The notes below the pieces were generated by a model. That model was not told the origin of the DNA. It did no database searches and worked only from the letters and a program-made list of their open reading frames with translations. A stretch of 64,000 nucleotides of DNA from positions 44,082,001 to 44,146,000 of the forward strand of contig OZ024752.1 in assembly GCA_964016885.1 (NCBI GenBank), read 5' to 3'. Shown here in pieces: positions 49,400 through 62,700 of this stretch (its first letter is position 1; every line of letters starts with the position of its first letter). The stretch comes from Eledone cirrhosa (taxonomy: Eukaryota). Both the position numbers and the translations under genes were made by a program.

Positions 49400-49960
49400 C
49401 ACCTTTGAAAGAGGGATAACAGAAGATAAGACATTGAAGATACTGAAGTGGAAATTGTTATATAAGCATGAAAGATGTTTGTGACAATATGGATTATCAT
49501 CTATGACTCCTTTGGCAGCTAGATTTGTGGAAAATAGATATGGAATATACTTGTCTACTTTATTCAAGCAAGATTGTAAGAAATATTCATTTGAATGTAT
49601 TGATCTTAGCCCATATCACAGTTTCCTGACAAGATTCTCAACCGAGCTTATGTTGTTACCATCTTACTCATGGTCTAGTGCTAGGACTCCTGATTATTAG
49701 CTTTGTCTGTAAAATGTCCAATTCTAACTACACCTCCATAGTATTGAAGCCAGGTCTTCTGTATTACTGTGTAACACCAGAGATCTCAGTCCTGTGTCAG
49801 CTTTTATCACCTCATCCAAGGCTCTTCATGAAGATTATAATCAAGAGAGGTAACAATACCCACCCTTGACAGCACCATTTATCTGAACAGAAATACTAGG
49901 ATTTCAAAGGTAACAACTTGTTCATCAATCTCATACACTCCTATGACCCAGGGTGAAAAC
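49400..49960 (-). mobile_element. Highly decayed LINE (RTE-like) RT remnant
   Basis: The minus strand near 49870-49820 reads CQGWVLLPLLIIIFMKSL, resembling the RT motif GxRQGCxLSPLLFxIFM. Many stops; boundaries approximate. Confidence 0.35.
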
Positions 49961-52220
49961 TAAACTTCAGCTAGTCTGGACTCAGTAATATCCCTACATC
50001 TCTGACTAGTAAGCTGGGTTATATCCACTTAATTTTGATGAGAAATAAAGGCATCTATTGAGTAAAAATAGATTTGTCATTTAACTAAAAAGAATTCTAA
50101 GTCAATTTAAGAAATCACAAGATATTTATTACAAAAATATGAATGGGAAAATGAAAAGGGACGGAATAAAATGTTTGAATTGTGTTAAGTACTGAACAGG
50201 CTAAAGAGAGCAGTGACATGCTTCTTTCTCTGGCCTAGGTGTGCTTCAATGAGAATGAAGATAGTATTTGTCACAGGTTTGTGCAATAACAAAACATGAT
50301 TGTTCTACAAGATATCAGGTGTTCCTAATATAAGGTATTACTCTTGGGTCACAAATAATCGTCTCCCTGCTTATTTTTATTTTGTTTTTCTTTATATATT
50401 AAAAAAAAGTACATTACTAGAAATTCCATAGATTACAAAATAGGATGGGTTGGTGTGTAAAATAAACGACTAATTCTGGGGGGGGGGGGGGGTATCAACT
50501 GAGACAACCTAGAAAAATTACCCATTTTCCACCACCCTCCCTGATTATTTGGGACCCAAGAATAGGTGTTTTATAGCTGGATTCTTCCTAGTATAAACAA
50601 AATGCTCATTATTAAATTGGTACATTTAAACTATAAAAATAAGAGTATAATTCAATGCTGAGAAAAATCACTTCTGGCAACTCAACCCTTTAGCATTTAC
50701 ATTATCAGCAGCCAGTTTAAATGTTAAAGTAATCTTAGGAAATTCAACAACAGTTACTGCTAATTGTTTTGGGGGGGGATCTTATGATCAGTGAAAAATC
50801 TGTTAGCATTTTGGCAGTGAGAGGAGAATGACTGGAATTTTCAACAGGAATTCCATGAAGAATTAAGTCAATCTTTTGATTAAAACAAATTGAAAAACTA
50901 AAGTCAACCTTGTACAAATATAGGCTAAAAACAAAAACCTAATAAGCATTAAACATTTTGAAATTTAATAAAAACAAATACCACTTCCTTAGTAATATTT
51001 GTTAGCAATCTTATATACTGCCTTCAGCATCTCTGAATGTCACAAAAACTCATTCACACTTGATGTTTGAATGACAAATTTAATTTCTCAACAGCAACCA
51101 GGATATCTTATTACACTAACAAGTCTCAAGATTTTACTTTATAAATTTTCTCAAATAAAGTAACATGATACCAACTACATATATAATTAGAGATGTTCAT
51201 TAATTCTAAAAAGTTTAAATCTGTAAATACTGTGTCAGTACAACAGATATAAATATGCTTAGGTCATAGTTTCAACAGAAACTGAAGATAATCTTTCCAG
51301 GGACAAGCCAACTCCAAAATCTGTATAAAGGCTTGTAAGAACAACTACCAAAACACAAAGTCAGCTCACTTTGAAAGATTGAATGTATTGATTTTGAAAA
51401 GAAGCTTTCCAACATGACTGCTGATAAACTGGCTTTGGGAGAGAAACATTTAAATGAATTGGGAAATACTCAGTAAGCTTTGTTGCAGAAGAACATTATT
51501 CAAGCGACTAAAGGCAATATTTCAACAGGAAATATTGAGATACCAGCTTCTTGAATCAGAAAATATAAACAGTAAATCTAATAAATTAGTAACAAATGTT
51601 ATAGTTAATCAAATGAAGTTTGCAATAAGAATCGCAGGGTCAATTTGAAATCTAAATCTGTAAATACTGTATCAGTTTAACAGACGATATGTTTAGGTCA
51701 GAGTTTCCAAAGTTTCAGCTAATTCTAAACATTAAAAGTGTAATGAAATCGCAGCATTTCCATAAACCATTGTCTTTCCAAATACATTGTTTAAAAGACG
51801 ACATTCTATAAAACACTTCATTCAAAGATGCTTTCAAATTCTCTTGATTTCCTTTTATTACCCAATGACAATAAAATAAATTTTTATCTTAAAATTAAAT
51901 TCTTAAATTTAAAAGAAAAAGGAGAGAAAACAAGGAATTCTATTAATAACAATATCAAGGCTCTTCACAACTTATTTTATGAATTTTACCAACTAAAACC
52001 ATTTTTGTAAATAAAGACCCTCAACACACAACAGTAAGATGCTAAAGTGGCCAAAAATGATATTTTTTCAGTCCTTAAAATTCATATAATAATATTTCAG
52101 TCTTCCACTGCAAATATATACTTATTACATGTATTACATTAATTCGATGTTTCTTTATTATCTGAAATATTTCTTTCATGAGAGGGGGGGGGGGGGGTAG
52201 GTTTGGTGTGTAAAGAAATA

Positions 52221-53957
52221 TTATGAACAATACTCTGTTGCTTCTTCGGCTAGTTCAAAACCTTCTTCAATAAAATCAACAAAACTTTGACAGGGACTGG
52301 TTGGTTCAATCACAGATATAGGGCTGATCTCTAAGATTACTCCTGGTTCAATACCAAGTACAATATCTGTTGAGTTGACCTCACTGACATTCATTACTAC
52401 TTCTGGTTCCCTGGCAGGTCTTATATCTGTGGAGTCTGTTGGGTTGACCTCAGCAGATACCATTTCTGTAGCGTATGTTGATTCTGAATCTAAATATGAC
52501 TGAGATTCTATCACAGAGCAGAACAAATCCGACTTTAAAGTCATTTTATCTGTATGATTTTGTACCTGAAAAGTAGAATTTAAGTTAGTTTCATCTAATA
52601 TATTGACGTTAAAAGTGTTTGAGGTTGAATCCGTATTAATAGCAGAATTGTTTCCAAGTCCATTTTCAGAAGAACCAGCCCCAAATTTTATTTCGTGTTC
52701 TATATGATAATAACCGGAGATAGTTTTTGATTTTAACATTGAACAGAGTTGTATGCTTTCTACTGTCTGACAGCCAAAGTAAATATCAAGGTAATCCTCA
52801 TAGACATCGGGATAAATCTTTTTCAATCCCGTCTTTTTAGTTAATTTCTTTCCAACCCTTGATAACTTCATCAGTGTAACGTGGGGTGTGAATTTTGATT
52901 GCTTCTCAACTAACTTCTCGGCATAGAACTGTGTATGAACTTCTTCGGCAATTTCTTCTAATTTTGCAACATGCTCTCCAGGTTGGACTTTGGCAAAAAC
53001 CACTGAATTATTAAAGTTTCCCAGTCCTTGTAAAGGAAGTGTTAACAACACATCTTGATATTTCGGTATCAGTTTAACTCCACAACGATTTAACACTGCT
53101 TTAGCTCGTTCTATATCATCGTCACCCCTTAAATTCATCACAGCAAGTGTCATGTGAAGACTATGAAGAGGTACAACTGCCAATGAATAATTCCCATTTT
53201 TTTTCATTACAGATTTTTGAACATCTTTAAAATTTGTATAAATTTCTTTATCAGAAAACTGAATTGAAATAAAATAGTTAGGTACTTGTCTAGACGGAGT
53301 TTTGCTTTTCTTTTTAGTTCTTGTTTCCTCATCACTGAAAACGGTTAAAATAGAATCATCGCCCGAATCGTTAATAGACGATAACGGGTCATTTCTGTTG
53401 GTAATTATCTGCTGTGTTACATTGTTGTTGCATATTGGAGACACCAACACCTCGCCCTCGGGAATAAACATGTTTTCTACACGTTCTTTATTAATAGCAG
53501 CTTTAGGGCAAAATGCAACTGATTCAGTTTCGTCTGCGGGAGAAATTATATTGAAAGAGTCATATTTAATGTCTGCTACACAAGTGTTTTTATCGGCATT
53601 GAACTGGCTATTAATGAAGTCAGTTTGAGGAACAACCCCGTCACGAATTTTCTCTGTTACTGAGTCTAACAGAGATTTAGGAAGGATACGCGACTTAACT
53701 TTTGAATTTGTCTTTTGTGTTAATACTGAATGAGAAATATCAGTTTTGAGAAGAGGGTCCGAATCGCTAGCAGAGTTTTCTGAGGACAGTGAAGGAGACA
53801 TAGTAAGACATTCGTCACGGGACGAAGGATTGTTGGTTGAAGAAGTATCTGTATCACTATAACCCCAGTCCATGTTTAGAATAAGCTTCGGAAAGTTGGA
53901 CAGTCGTGATAATGTGCGACTAATAACACGATGGAAGTTAAACAATTTGAGTGTCAT
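52221..53957 (-). CDS. AKAP7-like 2H (LigT-fold) 2',5'-phosphodiesterase domain protein, intronless, 550-578 aa
   Basis: Single 578-codon ORF with PNYFISIQF, two HxT motifs (LHMTLAVM; FTPHVTLMKL) and FGCQTVESIQLCSM...GYY, characteristic of the AKAP7 phosphoesterase domain. Long acidic Ser-rich flanks. An alternative start at 53873 (MDWG) has a better Kozak context. Confidence 0.88.
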   Translation of the reverse strand: MTLKLFNFHRVISRTLSRLSNFPKLILNMDWGYSDTDTSSTNNPSSRDECLTMSPSLSSENSASDSDPLLKTDISHSVLTQKTNSKVKSRILPKSLLDSVTEKIRDGVVPQTDFINSQFNADKNTCVADIKYDSFNIISPADETESVAFCPKAAINKERVENMFIPEGEVLVSPICNNNVTQQIITNRNDPLSSINDSGDDSILTVFSDEETRTKKKSKTPSRQVPNYFISIQFSDKEIYTNFKDVQKSVMKKNGNYSLAVVPLHSLHMTLAVMNLRGDDDIERAKAVLNRCGVKLIPKYQDVLLTLPLQGLGNFNNSVVFAKVQPGEHVAKLEEIAEEVHTQFYAEKLVEKQSKFTPHVTLMKLSRVGKKLTKKTGLKKIYPDVYEDYLDIYFGCQTVESIQLCSMLKSKTISGYYHIEHEIKFGAGSSENGLGNNSAINTDSTSNTFNVNILDETNLNSTFQVQNHTDKMTLKSDLFCSVIESQSYLDSESTYATEMVSAEVNPTDSTDIRPAREPEVVMNVSEVNSTDIVLGIEPGVILEISPISVIEPTSPCQSFVDFIEEGFELAEEATEYCS

Positions 53958-54893
53958 TTTAAATGAATTAAGTACGCATGCGTCTAAATATTGTCTTGTC
54001 GTTGAGAGGGAACGGTGTCAGGCAACACCGGGTTCCAAACTGAATATATCATAGTATCAAAGTTGATACATAAAGGCAGCAGTAAAATTTGAGTCTGTCA
54101 GATCTGTGCTAAATATTGAAATAAATGTATGATTAACTCTGGTGTGTTTATAAAATTTCATCAAAAATGTACTCTAGCTCCTTAAATGATAATTTCCTTT
54201 TAATAATAAATAAAAACTACTGTAGATGGCACTTCTAAACTTTCTCAACGAGTTGGGTGATATAGGTAGTTCATATTTATAATGGTTAGTAGTGGAACAT
54301 GCGGTCAGGATGTACGTTAAAGAGGAAAGCAGTTCTAAACAGGAAAAATAGCTTTTTATTTCTTTTAGATTGGAAAAAAAAGGGGAGGGTAGTGGCCAGG
54401 ATCTTCCAGATTTTTCTTTTATTGGTTTGGTCTAGAGCAGACGTTCGCAAATTTTTTGAGCCATCGCCCGACCCCCCTATGGCCACGTAATAAAACTCCG
54501 TGCCCCCGCCCCCTCATTTCCAGAGAGACCTACCTATACGCAAATTGTAAATAATATATAATCGTTAATTTATATATAATGTATACTATGAATAAATAAA
54601 TATGTATTTTTTTATTTTATTATATTTATATATATGTATTATTTGATATTCAATATAGTATATCATCTCTAGCGCCCCCCGCCCCCCCCCCCCCCCTGGA
54701 TCTTCTCAATGCACCTCTCTCCCGTCATCAACACCACCATTCATAAACTGGAAGATTTATTTGTCATTCTTGCATATCTCTTTGACAAAAGCCCCTCTTG
54801 CAGTTAATTACTGCCTAACAATAAATTACCTCCTTAACAAAGGAGATCGGATATGAGTCCTTGAAAAGATAAGACTTTCACATTTTATTTTAT

Positions 54894-54955
<62 letters not shown>

Positions 54956-55240
54956 AACATCTGCGTGAGGAGCAACAATGACGTAAAACAAGTGACTTCT
55001 ATCGAGATTCGAACCAGAATAACGAGACAAATAATAACAACAAACACAACAAAGCAATCACATGCTGAGTTACGTCCCTTAACATAGTTATATGGTGGTG
55101 GGGGGAAACTGACCAATCAGCTCGCAAGATTAGCGTACGAAATTCAAACGGTTAAGTTTCCTCACTTTATAAATACTTTACTGTTCGTGTCTAACATTTC
55201 ATATATTTATATTTACCATTAAATCCGTCGTATTTCAGAC

Positions 55241-55457
55241 ATGGCCACCCGCAAAGTGAAAAGAGATATAGTTCCTCCACCCAAAAAACCTTCTCTTCGA
55301 TCCAAAAAAGAATCTATAAAGGTAAATTTATATATATACCTAAATGTGTGTGTATACATATATATATATACCTAAATGTGTGTGTATACATATATATATA
55401 GCTAAATGTGTGTATATATATATATAGCTAAATGTGTGTATATATATATATAGCTAA

Positions 55458-55490
<33 letters not shown>

Positions 55491-55564
55491 GCTAAATGTG
55501 TGTGTATATATATATATATATATATAGCTAAATGTGTGTGTTTATATATGCATATATAGCTAAA

Positions 55565-55598
<34 letters not shown>

Positions 55599-55639
55599 GC
55601 TAAATGGGTGTGTTTATATATGCATATATAGCTAAATGC

Positions 55640-55684
<45 letters not shown>

Positions 55685-55740
55685 TATATAGCTAAATGCG
55701 TGTGTATATATATATATATACACACGCATTTAGCTATATA

Positions 55741-55782
<42 letters not shown>

Positions 55783-56686
55783 CATTTAGCTAAATGCGTG
55801 TGTATATATATATATATATATGCATATATAGCTAAATGCGTGTGTATATATATATATGCATATATAGCTAAATGCGTGTGTATATATATATATATGCATA
55901 TATAGCTAAATGCGTGTGTATATATATATATATGCATATATAGCTAAATGCGTGTGTATATATATATATATATGCATATATAGCTAAATGCGTGTGTATA
56001 TATATATATATATGCATATATAGCTAAATGCGTGTGTATATATATATATATATGCATATATAGCTAAATGCGTGTGTATATATATATATATATGCATATA
56101 TAGCTAAATGCGTGTGTATATATATATATATATGCATATATAGCTAAATGCGTGTGTATATATATATATGCATATATAGCTAAATGCGTGTGTATATATA
56201 TATATATATATGCATATATAGCTAAATGCGTGTGTATATATATATATATATGCATATATAGCTAAATGCGTGTGTATATATATATATATATATGCATATA
56301 TAGCTAAATGCGTGTGTATATATATATATATATGCATATATAGCTAAATGCGTGTGTATATATATATATATATGCATATATAGCTAAATGCGTGTGTATA
56401 TATATATATATATGCATATATAGCTAAATGCGTGTGTGTATATATATATATATATATGCATATATAGCTAAATGCGTGTGTGTATATATATATATATATG
56501 CATATATAGCTAAATGCGTGTGTATATATATATATATAGCTAAATGCGTGTGTATATATACATATATAGCTAAATGTGTGTGTGTATATATATATATACA
56601 TATATAGCTAAATGTGTGTGTATATATATATATATATATATAGCTAAATGTGTGTGTGTATATATATACATATTTAGCTAAATGTG

Positions 56687-56718
<32 letters not shown>

Positions 56719-56729
56719 GCAAAATGTGA

Positions 56730-56781
<52 letters not shown>

Positions 56782-59700
56782 GTCTGTCTGTATATATAAC
56801 TAAATGTGTAACAACAGTCGTTCGACAATGAGTTGGGTGGATGTTTCCATTGGTCTTTCCAATTTCGGTCGCAAATCCAGGCGGAAGAAGCAACGTGAAA
56901 TAAAGTGTCTTGTTGAAGGACATAACGTATCCGGGAATCGAACTCACCGCGTCACGATTGCGAATCCCATTCTCTAACCACTGAACCACGAGCCTTCTCT
57001 CGCGCACACACAGATATATATATACATACACACATATATGTATATCTACACAGACACGCATATAATATGTATGTGTTCGTTGTACAATATTTATTTTCAA
57101 CCCATAACTACACATTTTAACCGTTACACTTTCATTATCTTACACTGAAAAAATATATTGAAATGCCAATACATTTAAGAAGTGTAGGATCCGTCTCGTC
57201 GTATAAACTGCTGTGTGTATTATTACATGTAATCAAACCCTGTGGTAAACAGGCGAAACTCCAGAGTAACAAGACTCACTTTTTAGCCTTAATTATTTAT
57301 ATATAGTTAGCTAATTAAAATCTGTTCTAAGCCGAAAGCTCACCAGGCCGGTGCTTATACCTGGTTTCGTTGGCGTTAAGCGACTGAGAGTACAAGTACT
57401 CTCCCTGAATAGGACGCCGACCCAGTGTTAACTTCACACTCTCAGCTGGGTGTACTGGAGCAATGGGAAAGAACACAACACAGCAACCTGTCCAGGAATT
57501 GAACCGATGAGGTTACGATTGCACGGGAACTCGTATATATTTGTATAAATATATATATATATATATATACATATATTCATTAGTTAAGCAAAACAAGAGC
57601 ACACATTTCACAAGGAAGACATTAAAAGATTGTCAACATAGTTTTAGTTTAATTTAAGGAATGTAGAGAATAATAATTGTTTCTACTTTAGGCACAAGGC
57701 CGGCAATGTCACCAGTGCATTACTTTATTTTATCGACCCCGTAAGGATGAAAGGCAAAGTCAAACTCGGCGGGATTTGAACTCAGATCGTAAAGGGACGT
57801 AACTATGCTGGAAAGCATGGCGTCCGACCCTCTACCGATACTGCCAATCCACCGCAATAATAATACTAATTGTTTCTACTTTTTGGCACAAGGCCAGCAA
57901 TTACCCAGTACATTACTGGTACTTTATTGTATCGACCCCGTAAGGATGAAAGGCAAAGCTAACCTCAGCGGGATTTGAACTCAGATCGTTAAGGGACGTA
58001 ACTATGCTGGAAAGCATGGTGTCTGACCCTCTGCCGATCCACCTTACATTTGTAAACAGACATTATTAGTATTATTATATATAGGGTGGTAGATTGGCAG
58101 TATCGGTAGAGGGTCGGACGCCATGCTTTGACGCATAGTTACGGCCCTTGCTATTCTGAGTTCAAATCCCGCCGAGGTTAACTTTGCCTTTCATCCTTAC
58201 GGGGTCGATAAAATAAAGTACCAGTCATGCACTGGAGTAATTGCTGGCCTTGTGCCAAATAGAAACAATTAGTATTATTATTATCATTCTCTACATTCCT
58301 TACATTAAACTAAAATATGTTGACAATCTTTTAATGTGGTCCTGTTTTGCTTAACTAATGAATATCTCCAGCTCTGTGCACCTAACCTCTGCATGAACCC
58401 AGCCACCTAGCTGCCTTCCACTGCATATTGCACATTGAGCCTTTATGCTTTGGCTTGTAACTAATTCACCAATCTCTCTTCTTTCCTATCTCCATCTCTC
58501 TCTTTAAGATTGGTTACTCTTGAACTGTGTATGTGTATATATATATATATAATGTATAAATTTAATTTAAAATTTTTCCACTGAATTTTGTCTCATTTCA
58601 AATGTTGACATTCTAAATCTGTGTTTGAGACTGTCACTTGTGAATTTGTTCCTGTGACAAATGTATACATTTTGTGTGTGTGTGTGTGTCCTTCCACGCG
58701 CGCGCGCATGGCTGAAATATTTTATGATAGCAGTTAAATATTTTCGCCTACATCTGAAAAGTTCTTAATTTTCTTAAAACATTTTCATTTCAGATTCATT
58801 GTGTTGTTGATAACTTAGGTCCCTTAAAACGTACTCGTTCTACAACTGAAGTAGCCAAACAACCAGAAGAGAAACGAAGAGCAGTATTTGGCGATATTAC
58901 CAATGTAAGTGACAAAAAATTTTTTTTTTTTTTCTTACTTCAACTTTGTGGGTCCTCATCGAAAACGTCACCGAATCCTACACTCAAAACTGTGGCCAAA
59001 AGCCCCAGGTTTTACACAAGCTCACAGACTAACTACAAATATCACCACAATGTGACTGTTGCCTCTGATTTTAAAGATCGCTTCGTACACCCTCATTCCA
59101 TGTACAGTCTGTCACCCTCTTGGATAGATGTCGCTCCCTCTGTGACCATCGCATGGTTGGAGTGTTGCTTGTATTTTCTCAGTTATCCTCTACACTGACC
59201 CCTGTGTACATGTCAAGGATGCGACACCTCATTTCATCTATGGCTGTTAGTGTTTCTCTCCGCCACTGAGATATACTTTATGGGAATGTATATCTCAGTG
59301 GGCCATTGCTCCTCAGTCAACCAATAAGAGAGACATTCTCTGCTGGTTGTGTGTCACATCTACTGCCAATCTTCACCGTTTCATGCACACTTTTTGAATG
59401 CTCTTAAATCCTTACAAGGAGAGAGGCCCTGTCAGGTTTTGTTTTTTGTTGTCCTGCTAACATGACATCCCTCCTTCCTCCTATATTTAACAGGTCACTC
59501 ACAACCCCCTCCTTCCTCCTATATTTAACAGGTCACTCACAACCCCCTCCTTCCTCCTATATTTAGCAGGTCACTCACAACCCTCCCCCTCCTTCCTCCT
59601 ATATTTAGCAGGTCACTCACAACCCCCTCCTTCCTCATAATTCCATTTATTTTATTTCTACAGAAAAAGAAAACTACGAGAGAATCTAGCAAGAGTAAGC

Positions 59701-62700
59701 TGCCACTTAAAACCCAAACTACGACCAAAGTAACAAGATCTACAAATGTTTCCAAACCAAAAAGTAACCAAAAAGCAGAAGAGCCCCCCCTTGTTGAAGA
59801 ACTTACTAAGGCATTGCAACCAATTGACTTGACTTGCGATAATACAGAATCTTCTTCAGTTGTAATGTAAGGAATATTTCACTGTTAGACATATCTATTT
59901 CAGCAGACAGCTATTCAAATGTCTTGTTTCCCTCAATTATCCTTTTATTGAACAAATAATAATAATCTGATGCTGTTGAGCCGCAGATCCACCTAAGTTG
60001 AGCCGCAGATCCACCTAAGTTGCGCAGACGTAGAATTATTGGCAGTTTCAACCATAACTCGTTTTCTTTATATATCTAGTGCTACATTGACCAATGTATG
60101 TGTCCCTTCCATTCTAAGCTGGGGGGTTTGATTTGAGGAATTGTTCCTTCTATGTCTAATAAGTTGAGGGAAATCCCAGACTTACATGACCTTGATACCT
60201 TTGGAATTTTCTGCAGATATGCTTCTGTTTCATCATCATCATCATCATCAGACTTTTACTGTTTCTATTTTCCAACAATTTTCCTCAATTTCTTATCAAC
60301 CTGTCAAATTAGAAATTCTTTTTCTGAGGATATATAGTATGACCCATGCTAGCGTGAGAGGTGGACGTTAAAAGGTGATGATGATGATATTGTCAAGAAT
60401 TTGATTTTATGTGAAATTTATGAAATGTGTAGAGAACAAATTTACAGTTGTGACCCAGTCGTTAAGTGAGGTGTAGATGAACTTCTAATTGTAATTACCT
60501 TTAATTAGATATTTTATTAATTTCTAAATTATATTTTATTCTAGAATTGAGCTGGTGTCATCTCCAGTCAAAGAACCAGAAGTACCTGAGGTAAGGTTTA
60601 GATCATCTTACCATTTTCTTTCCCCACCCCAGTTTTGATGAGTCTGCCATAAAACACACTTTTATTCATAACACATTATATGGCTGTACGGCAGCTTCTT
60701 AATCTACCTTCACAACTCCTCTCTATTTCTATCTTCCTCTATATATTGTACGGCAGCTTCAAAATCTAAGCCTTTACCACTAAAATACAATAGTATATAT
60801 AGAGTAATGTAAATGTTATGAGATATTGTGAGGTAAAGCCTTTACTGTGAAAATACAATAGTATATATAATGTCAATGTTATGTGAGATATTATGTGAGG
60901 TAAAGCCTTTACTGTGAAAATACAATAGTATATATAGAGTAATGTGAATGTTATGAGCTATTATGTGAGGTAAAGCCTTTACTGTGAAAATACAATAGTA
61001 TATATAGAGTAATGTAAAGTTAGCAATGCTGACCTAACATTTACACATTTCTATGGAACTTTTCCTACATCTTAACATTCTTTCCTATGGTAGTACACAT
61101 TGGTTTTTATTTTAATAGGTTGATTATGATATTTTTGATAACGGACATATGAAAGATCCATTCTGGGAGGCTATATACGCTAAAGATATTTTTGATTATT
61201 ATAAGGAACAAGAGGTAAGAATCATTTCCTTTGTCTAATTAAACCAGTTTTTGCAAATACTTTGACAGTTTTCTACAGATCTTGAAAATTAATGAATTAT
61301 TTCATTACTAAGATAGTAACTTAATGTAAGGTTCTTAAATAAAATTATGCTGGAAGATTTTAATTTAAATTGAGGACCTTTAAAATGGGTGGTTTTATTT
61401 CATAGAACCAGAGCTGGCTTTGGCCAGGTTAGTAACTAAAGGATTAAACTTGTACTTTAAAGTTTTAACTGAATATAACAATCTACTTCAAGTCGTGTTT
61501 CTAGCGAAAAACTTTCTAGTATAAAGTTTTAATAACTAAAAGAAATTTTATTTGGATCACATTACCCTTTTCATAACTTTTCCTTAACCCTTAACCCTTT
61601 AGCATTTAAACTGGCCATATTCAGCCAGAATTCTCTATCCTCTTTCTGTTCAAACCAGCTGTAACCAGCCACACATATTGATGTTAAGGTATTGTTCTCA
61701 ACATATCAAAATCTGATAGATTCGATATTATGATGTACACCCTTTACCATGGAAATATAGTAAATATAGAGTAATGTAAATGGTAAAGGGTTAAATGGTA
61801 GATTTTACTGGAGGCTAAATGTTTGTATTAAATATAGAGCTATATAATTGTCCTTGCATATCCAGCAATTCTGTTCCAGTCTTTAACAATTTTTAAATGA
61901 TGCTCAACTTATATTTTTTGTAGTGCAAATTTGCAGTACCAGATTATATGTCCAGTAAACAGTTTGATGTTACAAGTGAAATGAGAGCCATTCTTATTGA
62001 CTGGTTGGTTGAGGTTCAGATGAATTTAGAATTGCATCATGAAACGCTCTATCTTGCCGTCAAGCTTGTTGATATGTATCTGTCTAAAGTTACAATCAAA
62101 CGTTCATACCTTCAACTTGTGGGGACTACTGCCATCTTCATTGCTTGTAAATATGATGTAAGTCTATAAATATTTGAATGTTTTTCTTACAATCTACTCT
62201 CACTTCCTGTGATTTTTAGCTTATTACTGTTAGGTCACTTAACACTCTCATCAAATAGTTGCTGCTGACTTGCTAGAAATAACAGCTAGATTGCCCTCAA
62301 ACAAACCCTACTGTCTTAAAAACGAACACATTGGATAAGATATTCCTAAATATGCCTGCATAGTCCTGTAACAACTGAAGTCGTAGAGGTGCCATATTGA
62401 CATAACAGTAGATCTCAGTTTGACAATCGCCACAGACAGACGAATGCAAGAAAGTTCTCCAACCCAAGTTAACCAGGAATCTCTAAAATTCTTCCCACTG
62501 AAGTTAACAAAGAACTTACTGGATCTACCAGCTCATAATATAATATAAAATTAAATCAAAAATTTTTTAACACTACAAGTGAAGTCATTCTTTTACTTTT
62601 TTTCAAATATCTCTATATATATATATATATACATACATACAGGAAGAATTGAGCCCAGTACTTGACTGGTAGTTTTTTGGGGGGTTTTTGTGGTGTACTG

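Noticed and set aside
53302-53628. 108-aa plus-strand ORF
   Set aside because: Antisense shadow of the AKAP7-like CDS.
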